From an uncultured Alphaproteobacteria bacterium (GTDB lineage Bacteria; Pseudomonadota; Alphaproteobacteria; Rhodobacterales; Rhodobacteraceae), in assembly GCA_963829385.1 (NCBI GenBank), contig CAWHHV010000005.1, positions 30,593-94,592 on the forward strand: DNA of 64,000 bases, given 5' to 3'. Position numbers and translations under genes: made by a program. Shown one piece after another: positions 11,501 to 21,297 of this stretch. Each line of letters begins with the position of its first letter. Position 1 is the first letter of the stretch. Under the pieces are notes generated by a model. The model had not been told where the DNA came from and searched no databases. It saw nothing but the letters and a program-made list of their open reading frames with translations.

Positions 11501-12266
11501 CGAGCCCCACAGCATCAGGAAGCCCGCGTTGTACCAGTCGGCCGATTCCGGCACGTCGGTCTGCTCGCCCCAGGTCTGCGGGCTGGCCGGCGGCAGGTCG
11601 CAGTACCAGTCGTAGAACGACATGCAGGTGCCGCCCAGCAGGCTCAGGTAGCGCGAGCCGGCCGCATAGCTGACCATCGACATGGCCGGGATCGGCGAGA
11701 AGCCGAAGACGCGGTCGGGTCCGTAGGTCTTCGCGGTATAGGCGTTCGCGGCCGCGACGATCTCGGTCGCCTCGTCCCAGGTGGCGCGCACGAACCCGCC
11801 CTTGCCGCGCGTCCTCGTGTAGGAGGCGCGCATGACCGGGTCGTGTCTGGATCGCCGCCCAGGCCGCGACCGGCGTCATCGTCTCGCGCATCTTGCGCCA
11901 GGCCCGCATCAGGCTGCCCCGGATCAGCGGGTTCTTCACGCGATTGGCGGAATAGAGATACCAGCTGTAGGAAGCGCCGCGCGCACAGCCGCGCGGCTCG
12001 TGGTTGGGCAGGCCGGCGCGGGTGCGCGGATAGTCGGTCTGCTGCGTCTCCCAGGTGACGATGCCGGACTTGACGTAGATCTTCCACGAACAGGACCCGG
12101 TGCAGTTCACCCCGTGGGTCGAGCGGACGATCTTGTCGTGCCGCCAGCGGTTTCTGTAGGTGTCCTCCCAGTCGCGGTTCTCGCGGGTGGTCTGGCCCCA
12201 ACCGTCGGAGAATTGTTCCAGCTCCTTGCTCTGGAAGAAGTTCAGTCTGTCGAGCAGATGGCTCAT
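8501..12266 (-). pseudogene. narG: respiratory nitrate reductase alpha (molybdopterin) subunit, at least 6 frame changes
   Basis: N-terminus [41 protein letters not shown].. starts at ATG 12266 (GAAAGGA SD). The sequence continues in ORF 8501..11833, ORF 9949..10425 (..[20 protein letters not shown]..), ORF 9658..9903 (..[24 protein letters not shown]..) and ORF 8856..9737. The total span of 3766 nt is the normal NarG length plus 1. Confidence 0.9.
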
Positions 12267-12330
12267 CGGGCTGTCCTTTCGGGTGTCTGTGTTCCGGGCG
12301 GCGGCCGCGCCGCCCGGGAATTCGGTCGGG

Positions 12331-15063
12331 TCATTCCGCGGGCTGGGCGGCGGCGGCCATGCGGCGCCGCGCCCGTGTTCGATGTCGTGCAGCAGGCCGC
12401 CGGGGCGCGTGTAGACGGCCCAGGTGATCACGACGCAGAGCACGTAGAAGATCAGGAAGGCCCAGAGCGCGCCCACGGCGGACCCGGTCATCGCGATGGA
12501 CGTGCCGTAGGCCTTGGGGATGAAGAAGGCGCCGTAGGCTGCGATGGCCGAGGTGAAGGCCACGATCGCGCCGGACTCCATCGCGATCTGCCGCTTGCGC
12601 TCCTCGACGCCCAGATGCGGCATCAGGCGCGGCACCTCGCGGCCCATGATCACGGGGATCATCTGGAAGGTGGAGGCGTTGCCGACCCCGGTCAGGAAGA
12701 ACAGCGCCATGAAGCAGGCGAAGAAACCGATGAACGAGCCGAGCCCGAGGAAGGAGATCACGCCGAACGTGGCCGCGATCATCGCGACGAAGGTCCAGAA
12801 GCGTCACCCGCCCGCCGCCGAAGCGGTCGCTGATCCAGCCGGTTCCGGCGCGGCTGCAGCGCGCCCACCAGCGGCCCGAGGAACACGTAGTTGAGCGCGT
12901 TGACGTCGGGGAAGGCCAGCCTCGTCAGCAACGGGAAGCCAGCCGAATAGCCGATGAAGCTGCCGAAGGTGCCGGTATAGAGGATGCACATCAGCCAGTT
13001 GTGCTTGCGGCCGAAGATCACCGCCTGATCGGCAAAGCTCGCCCGCGCGTCGGCGATGTCGTTCATGCCGAGCCAGGCCGCGATCGTCGCGGCGACGATG
13101 AAGGGCACCCAGACGAAGCCTGCGTTCTGCATCCAGAGCTGTCCGCCGTCGGACATGGTCTGCGGCTGCCCGCCAAGCGCCCCGAACACGCCCGCGGTGA
13201 TGACGATGGGCACGAGGAACTGCATTACCGACACGCCGAGATTGCCCAGCCCCGCGTTCAGCGCAAGCGCGTTGCCCTTCTCCGCCTTCGGGAAGAAGTA
13301 GCCGATGTTGGCCATGGACGAGGCGAAGTTGCCGCCGCCGAACCCGCACAGCAGCGCCAGCACGAGGAAGATCAGGTACGGGGTCTCGGGGTTCTGCACC
13401 GCGTAGCCGATGCCCATGGCCGGCAGCAGCAGCGACGCGGTCGAGAGCGTCGTCCACAGCCGCCCGCCGAAGATCGGCACCATGAAGCTGTAGAAGATCC
13501 GCAGCGTCGCCCCCGACAGGCCCGGCAGGGCGGCCAGCCAGAACAGCTGGCCCGGCGCGAAGTCGAACCCGATGGCGGGCAGACGCGCCACGACCACCGA
13601 CCAGACCATCCAGACCGAGAAGGCCAGAAGCAGCGCCGGGATCGAGATCCAGAGGTTGCGGCGCGCCACGGCCCGCCCCTTCTCCTCCCAGAACTCGCGC
13701 GTCCTCGGGCCGCCAGTCCTCGCAGGACCCGCGGCATGACCGTCCGCTCGGGGTGATGGACATCCTGCATCTCCGGCAGTTGCGGCAGCGGTCGAGCGCC
13801 TCGCCATGCGCGGCCCGCTCCATCGCGCGCACCGACAGGTGCATCCAGGTCAGCGCGATCGCGACCAGCGCGAAGAGGAGCGCAAAGCAGGAGGTGTAGA
13901 TACCCGGTCAGGTCGAGCAGCGCGCCGAAGCCGATCGGCAGGACAAAGCCGCCAAGGCCGCCGATCATGCCGACAAGGCCTCCGACAGCGCCGACATGGC
14001 TCGGGTAGTAGACCGGGATGTGCTTGAACACCGCCGCCTTGCCGAGGCTCATGAAGAAGCCGAGCCCGAACAGCGTGGCGATGAAGGGCCAGAGCCCCAT
14101 CTGGGTCGAGAAGGCGATCGGGCCGTCCTTGCCCTGGATGACGTAATCGGTGGGCGGGTAGGACAGCATGAACAGGAACAGCAGCGAGAAGCCGAAGGTC
14201 CAGTACATGACCGTCCGCGCGCCGAACTTGTCGGAGAGATGCCCGCCATAGGCGCGGAACAGCGAGGCCGACAGGCTGAACGAGGCCGCCGCCATGCCCG
14301 CGAAGCGCACGTCGATGCCGTAGACGTCGATCAGGTAGTGCGGCATCCACAGCGCCAGCGCCGACGAAGGCGCCGAAGACGAAGAAGTAGTAGAGCGAGA
14401 AGCGCCAGACCTGCAGGTTCCTCAGCGGCGCGAACTGCTGCGCGAGCGAGGGCGCCTTGGCCCCCGTCCGGCGCCGTTCGACCAGTTCGGGGTCGTCCTT
14501 GGCCAGCAGGAAGAACAGGACGCCGATGATGGCAAGCGCCAGCCGCCCAGACATAGGCGACGCCGTGCCAGCCGTAGGCGACCATGACGAAGGGAGCGAC
14601 GAACTTGGTGACCGCCGCGCCGACATTGCCCGGCCCCGAAGATGCCAAGCGCCGTGCCCTGGCGGCCCGCGTCGTACCAGCGGCTGACATAGGCGACGCC
14701 GATGATGAAGGAGCCGCCCGCCAGCCCGATGCCAAGCGCCGCGACCAGATACATGATGTAGCTGTCCGCCAGCGTCAGCGCCCAGGTCGCCAGAGCGGTC
14801 AGGATCATCTGGCTGGAGAACACCAGCCGCCCGCCGTACTTCTCGGTCCAGACGCCCAGGAACAGGCGGGTGATGGAGCCGGTCAGGATGGGCGTGGCGA
14901 CCAGCAGGCCGAACTGCGTGTCGTTCAGGCCGAGCTCGGCCTTGATGGCGACGCCGATGATCGAAAAGATCGTCCAGACCGCGAAACAGGCGGTGAAGGC
15001 GATCGTGCTCAGGCTCAAGGCGCGCGTCTGATCGGCGCGCGAGGCTGTGGCGACGGTCTGCAT
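12331..15063 (-). pseudogene. narK: fused NarK1-NarK2 nitrate/nitrite MFS transporter, about 9-10 frame changes
   Basis: MFS fragments lie in ORFs 14422..15063, 14331..14735, 13850..14626, 13372..14346, 12804..13844, 12779..13807 and 10332..12782. The two-module organisation resembles Paracoccus NarK. The likely stop is TGA at 12331-12333, reached only after a further shift near 12365. Confidence 0.85.
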
Positions 15064-15146
15064 GGCGGGGTCTCCGGCGAGGAATTGCGTGTCACCCCGG
15101 CGTGGGGTTCGCCGCCAGACCTGACGGCCAGAGCGGCCCGGATGAC

Positions 15147-15160
15147 TTGATCTAGATCAC
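15147..15160. promoter_or_regulatory. FNR/NarR/NNR-type box TTGATCTAGATCAC upstream of narK
   Basis: Matches TTGAT-N4-ATCAA at 13 of 14 positions if the N4 is ignored. It is centred about 90 nt upstream of the narK ATG (15063), inside an AT-rich divergent intergenic region. Confidence 0.6.
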
Positions 15161-15267
15161 GAAGGACGCGAGAAATATGTAACGAAATAAATGGCTTGAC
15201 AGAAATATATCATGTCGGCTGACGTTGATGGATCAATTACGCAAGCCGCACAAGGTCAATCGATTGA

Positions 15268-15281
15268 TTGACATTTATCAA
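15268..15281. promoter_or_regulatory. FNR/NarR-type box TTGACATTTATCAA upstream of narR
   Basis: TTGAc-N4-ATCAA, centred about 55 nt upstream of the narR ATG (15330). Nearby TTGA/TCAA palindromes lie at 15225-15236, 15256-15267 and 15291-15304. Confidence 0.6.
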
Positions 15282-15329
15282 TTCAACCGCTGATAATTGA
15301 TCAAACGATGCAGCGACACGAGGAACATC

Positions 15330-16029
15330 ATGCCCGATTCGGAATACCGGGACATCCGCAAGCTGGATCTCTTTTCGCAGATGGCGGACGATCATTTCAA
15401 GTCGCTTGATGCGCGGCGCCTACGTTCAGAATTTTCCGGCGCAGATCGAATTGATTACCGAAGGCGAGCCCAGCGATTTTCTTCACATCGTCCTTTCCGG
15501 CTCCGTCGATCTGTTCTCCGCCTGGAACGGCAGGGACACCAGCATGGCGACCGTCCGTCCCGTCTCGACGTTCATTCTTGCCGCGACCATCAAGGACGCG
15601 CCCTACCTGATGTCGGCCCGCACGCTCGAGAAAAGCCGGATCGCGCTCATCCCCAGCCAGGACGTGCGCGCTATCTTCGACGCCGACAGCGACTTCGCCC
15701 GCGCGATCGTGACGGAGCTTGCGCAATGCTATCGCTCGGTCATCAAGGCGCAGAAGGACCTCAAGCTCAGGACCTCGCTCGAACGGCTGGCGAACTACCT
15801 GCTCCGGCAGCAGAGACATGCCGGCGGCGGCGCCGCCTTCGAGCTCGACTTCGAAAAGCGCCGCCTGGCCTCGGTGCTGGGCATGACGCCGGAAAACCTC
15901 AGCCGCGCCTTCAAGGGCCTTCAGCCCTATGGCGTCAGGGTCAACGCCAGCCGCATCACGATTGGCGATCAGTCCGACCTCGAGCGGTTCGCCAAGCCCA
16001 ACCCGCTGATCGACGACGTATCGACCTGA
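15330..16029 (+). pseudogene. narR: Crp/Fnr-family nitrate-responsive regulator (NarR-like), one frameshift at 15406/15407
   Basis: ATG 15330 gives MPDSEYRDIRKLDLFSQMADDHFKSL, then the frame is lost. The rest (MRGAYVQNFPAQIELITEGEPSDFLHIVLSG.. and the C-terminal HTH ..RLASVLGMTPENLSRAFKGL..) lies in ORF 15406..16029. Removing one T from tcgcTTgatg restores ..KSLMRGAY.. The gene is divergent from narK, as in Paracoccus. Confidence 0.8.
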
Positions 16030-16143
16030 AGGCCGGCACGGGCGATCTTGCCCGAGTCGGCACGGGGCCCGCCCCTGTGGACCGGCCGCTCTTGTGGCGC
16101 GCCCGGTCCGGCTTCTATAACGCCGCCGAAAGGGGTCGCGGGA

Positions 16144-17301
16144 ATGAGGATGCGAACTGCCGGCCTGATCGTCGCAGCCGGGCGCGGAAGCCGCCTCGGG
16201 GGCGGAATTCCCAAGCAATACCGCACGCTCGGCGACTCGACGGTACTGGGCCTCGCGGTGCGCGCGTTGCTCGGCCACCCGGGCGTCGACGTCGTGCGCG
16301 TGGTGATCCACCCCGACGACGCAAACCTCTATGCGGAGTCCGTCGCCGGCCTCGACGACGCCGCCCTCCTGCCCCCGGTCGCCGGCGGCGACACGCGGCC
16401 GGCCTCGGTGCTCGCCGGCCTCGAGTCGCTGGCCGGGGCCGCGCCCGACCGCGTGCTGATCCATGACGCGGCGCGGCCAAACCTGCCGGGTTCCGTCATC
16501 GACGGCGTGCTCGCGGCGCTCGATGCGGCGCCGGCCGCCTTTCCGGTCCTGCCGGTCGTCGACGCGCTGTGGCGGGCCGAGGACGGGCAGGCGCAGGCGC
16601 CGGTCGAGCGCGCGGCGTTGTGGCGCGCCCAGACGCCGCAGGGGTTCCGCTATCCCGACATCCTCGCCGCGCATCGCGCGCATCGCGGCGACGCCGCCGA
16701 CGACGTCGCCGTGGCCCGCGCCGCCGGGCTCGAGGTGGCGCTGACGCCGGGCGACGAGGCCAACGCCAAGATCACCACCGAGGCCGACCTGACGACGGCC
16801 CGCCGCGCGAGGGAGACGCGATTGGACATCCGCACCGGCAACGGTTTCGACGTGCACGCGCTCTGCCCCGGCGACCACGTGACGCTCTGCGGCGTTCGCA
16901 TCCCGTTCGGCCAGGGCCTGATCGGCCATTCCGACTCGGACGTCGGCATGCACGCGCTGACCGACGCGATCTTCGGCGCGCTGGCCGAGGGCGACATCGG
17001 CCAGTGGTTCCCGCCCTCGGACCCGCGCTGGAAGGGCGCGGCCTCCGAGATCTTCCTCGCCAAGGCGATGGAGCGCGCCGGCGCCGGCGGCTTCGCGGTC
17101 ACGCATCTCGACTGCACGCTGATCTGCGAGGCGCCGAAGATCGGCCCGCACGCGGCCGCCATGCGCGCGGAACTCGCCCGCATCACCGGCCTCGCCGTCG
17201 AGCGCGTCTCGGTCAAGGCGACGACGTCCGAGCGCCTCGGCTTCACCGGCCGCGGCGAGGGCATCGCGGCGATGGCCACCGCGACGCTGGTGCGGCCATG
17301 A
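16144..17301 (+). CDS. ispDF: bifunctional 2-C-methyl-D-erythritol 4-phosphate cytidylyltransferase / MEcPP synthase
   Basis: MRMRTAGLIVAAGRGSRLGGGIPKQY.. is the IspD part. ..IRTGNGFDVHAL..IGHSDSDVGMHALTDAIFGA.. is the IspF part. Start chosen at the internal ATG 16144 behind GAAAGGGG. Confidence 0.9.
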   Translation: MRMRTAGLIVAAGRGSRLGGGIPKQYRTLGDSTVLGLAVRALLGHPGVDVVRVVIHPDDANLYAESVAGLDDAALLPPVAGGDTRPASVLAGLESLAGAAPDRVLIHDAARPNLPGSVIDGVLAALDAAPAAFPVLPVVDALWRAEDGQAQAPVERAALWRAQTPQGFRYPDILAAHRAHRGDAADDVAVARAAGLEVALTPGDEANAKITTEADLTTARRARETRLDIRTGNGFDVHALCPGDHVTLCGVRIPFGQGLIGHSDSDVGMHALTDAIFGALAEGDIGQWFPPSDPRWKGAASEIFLAKAMERAGAGGFAVTHLDCTLICEAPKIGPHAAAMRAELARITGLAVERVSVKATTSERLGFTGRGEGIAAMATATLVRP

Positions 17302-17804
17302 GGCTGCGGACGACCCAGGCGATCGCGACCTTCGGCTATGTCGGCCTCTTGCCCGGCCCGGCGGGCACCTATGGCTCGCTCGCCGCGATCGCGACCGGCT
17401 ACGGGCTGCACTGGCTCGGCGGCTTCCCGTTGCTCGCGCTCGCGACGCTGGTCGCCTGCGCGCTCGGCTTCTGGGCGACGCAGGTCGAGATCCTCGACAA
17501 GGACGACCTCGACCCGCGCGAGATCGTCATCGACGAGGTGACCGGCCAGTGGCTGGCGCTCTGGCCGCTGTCGCTCGGCCTCTGGCACGCGGGCGTCGCC
17601 GCCCATGTCTTTCCTTGGCCGGGCTGGGTCGGCGCCTTCGTCGTCTTCCGGCTGCTCGACATCTACAAGCCGGGACCGATCGGCTGGGCCGACCGCCGCA
17701 AGGGGCCGGCCGGCGTCATGCTCGACGACGTGATCGCGGGCCTGCTCGCGGCGCTGGTCGTCGCCGCCGCGGCCGCGGTCGCGCATGGCTGGCTGATGCG
17801 ATGA
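17298..17804 (+). CDS. pgpA: phosphatidylglycerophosphatase A
   Basis: ..FGYVGLLPGPAGTYGSLAA..IVIDEVTGQWLAL..RLLDIYKPGPIGWADR..GVMLDDVIAGL... ATGA overlap with the ispDF stop. Confidence 0.8.
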   Translation: MRLRTTQAIATFGYVGLLPGPAGTYGSLAAIATGYGLHWLGGFPLLALATLVACALGFWATQVEILDKDDLDPREIVIDEVTGQWLALWPLSLGLWHAGVAAHVFPWPGWVGAFVVFRLLDIYKPGPIGWADRRKGPAGVMLDDVIAGLLAALVVAAAAAVAHGWLMR

Positions 17805-18283
17805 TCGCCGAGACCCGCGCCCGCGCCCTGCTCGACGCCGCCCGCGCGCGCGGCCTGATGATCGCGACCGCCGAAAGCTGCACCGGCGGCCTCGTCGCCG
17901 CGGCGCTGACCGACATCCCCGGCGCGTCGGACGTGTTCGACCGCGGCTTTCTCACCTACTCCTACGCGGCCAAGACCGAGATGCTCGGCGTGGACGAAGC
18001 GATGCTCGCCGAGCACGGCGCCGTGTCGGAGCCGGTCGCCCGCGCCATGGCCGCCGGCGCGCGCGCGCGCTCGCGCGCCGGCCTTGCGCTTGCGATCACC
18101 GGCGTCGCCGGCCCCGGCGGCTCGGAGGCGAAACCCGAAGGACTGGTCTGGTTCGCGGTCGCCAGCGATGCGGGCGTCCGCACGCTGCGCCGTGACTTCG
18201 GCCCGCTCGGCCGCGCGATCGTCCGCCAGCGCAGCGTCGAGACCGCGCTCGACCTCGGCCTCGGGGCCCTCGCCGCCGGCTGA
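17801..18283 (+). CDS. cinA: CinA C-terminal domain / nicotinamide-nucleotide amidase-like protein
   Basis: ..IATAESCTGGLVAAALTDIPGASDVFDRGFLTYSYAAKTEMLGV..LAITGVAGPGG... ATGA overlap with the pgpA stop. Confidence 0.8.
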   Translation: MIAETRARALLDAARARGLMIATAESCTGGLVAAALTDIPGASDVFDRGFLTYSYAAKTEMLGVDEAMLAEHGAVSEPVARAMAAGARARSRAGLALAITGVAGPGGSEAKPEGLVWFAVASDAGVRTLRRDFGPLGRAIVRQRSVETALDLGLGALAAG

Positions 18284-18481
18284 CCCCTCCTCCGCCCGCC
18301 GCCGGCCCTGCCGGGCCGCCGCCGGCCGGACCCATGCGCCGCGTCGACCTCACGCCCGCTGCGCCGTTGAGCCCGCGGCGCAAGGCGCCCGATCCGCGGG
18401 CTTCACCGCCGCCTGTGACCACCCCAGCCCCAAGGCGACGAGCCGCGGATCCGGATTATTATTTATCTTCAGTAGCTTGGC

Positions 18482-18952
18482 CTAGGTCGCAACGTGCGAC
18501 CCGTAAAGCTCCTGCGCCCTCCGCTCGAAAGCCCGCACGATCCGTTGCATCGCCTCGTTAAAAACCAGGCCGATCACCTTCTGCAGCAGCATTGAGCGGA
18601 ACTCGAAATCGACGAAGAAGTCGATCTCCGAGCGTCCGTCCTCCAGCGGCCTGAACTTCCAGTGGTTGCGCAGGTACTTGAACGGCCCCTGCAGGTACTC
18701 GACGTCGATCTCCCGCACGTCCGGCCGCATCGTGACCCGGCTGCCGAACTTCTCGCGAAAGAGCTTGAACGACACGACGAGGTCCGCCTCGACCACCTCG
18801 CCTGCCTCCCCCTCGGGCAGCGGCGTCCGGCTCCGGATCCGCGCCGCCGCTACCCAGGGCAGGAACTCCGGATAACGATCGACGTCGGCGATCAGGTCGA
18901 ACATCTGCTCGGCGCTGTAGGCGACGACACGTTTCTCGGCATGGGTAGGCAT
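18482..18952 (-). CDS. SRPBCC-fold RatA/COQ10-like protein
   Basis: MPTHAEKRVVAYSAEQMFDLIADVDRYPEFLPWV..VSFKLFREKFGSRVT..NHWKFRPLEDGRSEIDFFVDFEF... Confidence 0.75.
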   Translation of the reverse strand: MPTHAEKRVVAYSAEQMFDLIADVDRYPEFLPWVAAARIRSRTPLPEGEAGEVVEADLVVSFKLFREKFGSRVTMRPDVREIDVEYLQGPFKYLRNHWKFRPLEDGRSEIDFFVDFEFRSMLLQKVIGLVFNEAMQRIVRAFERRAQELYGSHVAT

Positions 18953-19049
18953 GCGCCCTCCGGTCAGGCTCGGGGTTGCGGATTGTGGCCGGGCGCGGAT
19001 GACCATAGGATGCCGCCGCGCGCAAGCGCAATGCGATGAGCGAGAGTGA

Positions 19050-19604
19050 ATGCCGGGACAGACCTACGTGATCGACGAGATGATCTCGGCGAAGGCTATC
19101 GCCGCGCGGGTGGAGGCGCTGGCGCGCGAGATTTCGGAATTCTATGCGGGAAGCGACAAGCTCATCGTCGTCGGCCTCTTGCGCGGTTCGTTCGTGTTCA
19201 TCGCCGATCTGGTGCGCGAACTGGACCTGCCGGTGGAAGTCGACTTCCTCGAAGTGTCCTCCTACGGCAACTCCACCGAGTCGAGCCGCGAGGTGCGAAT
19301 CCTGAAGGACCTGCGCGGCGAGATCGAGGGTCGCGACGTTCTGGTGGTCGAGGACATCGTCGACACCGGCTTTACGCTGAGCCACGTGCTCGCGATCCTC
19401 GCAACGCGCCGCCCGGCCCGGCTCGAGGTCTGCGCTCTGCTCGACAAGCCCTCGCGCCGCGAGGTCGACATACGGGCGAAATGGACCGGCTTCCAGATCG
19501 AGGACCGGTTTGTGGTCGGCTACGGCATCGACTACGCGCAGCGAAACCGCAACCTGCCCCATATCGGCGCCGTGCGATTCCTTGAGCCGTCAGCAGCCGA
19601 ATGA
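19050..19604 (+). CDS. hpt: hypoxanthine phosphoribosyltransferase
   Basis: ..[47 protein letters not shown] (PRPP motif)..[19 protein letters not shown]. Confidence 0.9.
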   Translation: MPGQTYVIDEMISAKAIAARVEALAREISEFYAGSDKLIVVGLLRGSFVFIADLVRELDLPVEVDFLEVSSYGNSTESSREVRILKDLRGEIEGRDVLVVEDIVDTGFTLSHVLAILATRRPARLEVCALLDKPSRREVDIRAKWTGFQIEDRFVVGYGIDYAQRNRNLPHIGAVRFLEPSAAE

Positions 19605-19933
19605 CGCTCGACCAGGCATAGGCGCGCCCGCAAGCGCCCACTCCATGTAGCTTCGCTCCGGCCTCGGAGCTGCCGCCGAACGTTCGCCTTCATTGCCCAC
19701 AAGCGACGCCAGACGGAAAACGCCCTGCCAATTCTGCCGCGCGACCTGCCTGACGCTGTCGTGAGCCAGCCCATGGCGCTCGGTCGGTCGCGCTCCCAAG
19801 TCGATCGACCTCCCGCCGCCGCGGCTTGGCCGCGCCGTCCGAGTCTGCACCTCAAAATGAGGCTGGTATCTGAAAGCCTACCGGCCGAACGGCCGCCACT
19901 GCAGTTGGTAACGCTTTCGCTTCTCCGACGCGA

Positions 19934-20539
19934 TCAGGCGCGGGCGTCTCCGACGAACTTCCACAGCGCCGGCACGATCAACGCGGCCAGCGCAAGCTTC
20001 AGCGCGTCGCCGATCAGGAAAGGATAGAGACCCCAGGCCAGCAACGGCTGGTCCCAGCCATAAAGCACGCCCAGCCACAGGACGCCCGGGATGTAGATCA
20101 GCGCGGTCCCGGCCGCCATTGCGACCGCCATCGCGCCGATACTGCGGTCCCATCCACGCCGCGCGGCGTATCCGAGCGCCAGCGTCGCCAGAACCCAGCC
20201 CGCAAGGTAGCCGCCGGTGCTGCCCATCATGTAGCTGACGCCGTTCAACTCGGCTGTCGAGCCAGCAAAGACATCCCAGCCGAAAGCGCCTATCGCCATA
20301 TAGACCAAGATCGCGGCCAGCCCCAAGCCCGGGCCGTAGGCCGCGCCAAGCATCAGAACTGCGAACGAGCCCATCGTGACGGGCACCGGCGAAGGCCAGA
20401 TCGGCACCTGAATTTTCGAGGCTGCGATGTGGATCGCGACGCCGAGCGCCACGAGAACCGCCCGCTTGACCCAGACCGCCTGTCCTTCGGCGTTCCAGAA
20501 GGTTTCGGTCAGAACTGCGCTCGATGCGGCCGTCGCCAT
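19934..20539 (-). CDS. bioY: BioY-family biotin transporter S component
   Basis: 201-aa multi-TM protein ..VPIWPSPVPVTMGSFAVLMLGAAYGP..GGYLAGWVLA..PFLIGDALKLALAALI... Start chosen at ATG 20539. Confidence 0.85.
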   Translation of the reverse strand: MATAASSAVLTETFWNAEGQAVWVKRAVLVALGVAIHIAASKIQVPIWPSPVPVTMGSFAVLMLGAAYGPGLGLAAILVYMAIGAFGWDVFAGSTAELNGVSYMMGSTGGYLAGWVLATLALGYAARRGWDRSIGAMAVAMAAGTALIYIPGVLWLGVLYGWDQPLLAWGLYPFLIGDALKLALAALIVPALWKFVGDARA

Positions 20540-20750
20540 GGCGGTCTCCGATGTAGAATATGCCCGGTGCCGTCTTGCCGCAAAACCGGATGGCTGTCCA
20601 GCAAAGGCTGCCTGGCCGAGACCAGGCGACGTGGTCCGGACAGAGCGCCTTTCCGGCGAAGCATCTTGCCAAATCCGGCAGCATCGGCCGCTCCCTCGCA
20701 CCACCCGCGTCTCCGGGCCTCGAGACTGCCGGAGTGGGCCGGGAACCGGC

Positions 20751-21203
20751 TCAAGTTGCGCGGTCGGATCCCAGGATCTCGCGACGGAAAACGGTGCTGA
20801 TCCCGTAGTCCTTGCGCGGCCCGAGGACCCGCCATTCGACCCGCCAGACCGGCCAGCCGGCAAAATCGTAGATCCCGGCATAGACGTCCGGCGGGCAGTC
20901 ATGAACGGCTTGCGGCCTGACCACGCCGGCGGCAATGCGATGAAAGAACCGCCCGTCTGCAAAGCTCACCGCAATGCCTTTTGGGTCCGCGCGCCAGAGG
21001 TAGCGCCGGGCCGCAGCGAAGCCGGGGCCTTCGCCGAGACTGAGCACCCCCTCCTCGTCGTAGATCATCCCGTCGTCGCCGTCCGGCTCGAACCTTGCGC
21101 GCCCCGCGAAACGGCCCGGCCGTCCGCCAAGCGCGTCTGCAATCCGCCGCTCCACCGTCCACTCTCCCGCGAAGGCCGCCAGTTGCGCCGCGCCGAGCTC
21201 CAT
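20751..21203 (-). CDS. conserved hypothetical protein (DUF6314-like by recollection)
   Basis: 150-aa ORF with normal composition (..FAGEWTVERRI..RARFEPDGDDGMIYDEEGVL..RRYLWR..). The family assignment is from memory only. Confidence 0.5.
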   Translation of the reverse strand: MELGAAQLAAFAGEWTVERRIADALGGRPGRFAGRARFEPDGDDGMIYDEEGVLSLGEGPGFAAARRYLWRADPKGIAVSFADGRFFHRIAAGVVRPQAVHDCPPDVYAGIYDFAGWPVWRVEWRVLGPRKDYGISTVFRREILGSDRAT

Positions 21204-21297
21204 CCGCGTCCGTTATCCTCCAGTGTCGTCGGCTTGTGATGCGCCAAGGCGCAGTCTATCAGACCGGCAATCCTCCGGAACCCGCGAAAGGCCGCCG

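Noticed and set aside
10332-12782. Apparent in-frame NarK-NarG fusion ORF and apparent ProW-ProV fusion ORF (61329..63410).
   Set aside because: Both are by-products of frameshifts that bypass the natural stop codons. narK most likely stops at 12331-12333 in another frame, and proW stops at 62350-62352.
18482-18952. RatA-family 'toxin' as part of a toxin-antitoxin module.
   Set aside because: There is no small partner ORF adjacent. SRPBCC/COQ10-like proteins of this type are usually housekeeping.
20540-20750. 211-nt GC-rich leader upstream of bioY as a possible riboswitch or BioR operator.
   Set aside because: I could not recognise any known riboswitch core (TPP, cobalamin, SAM-II) or a TTATMKATAA-type BioR site. 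No strong conserved-looking structure by eye.
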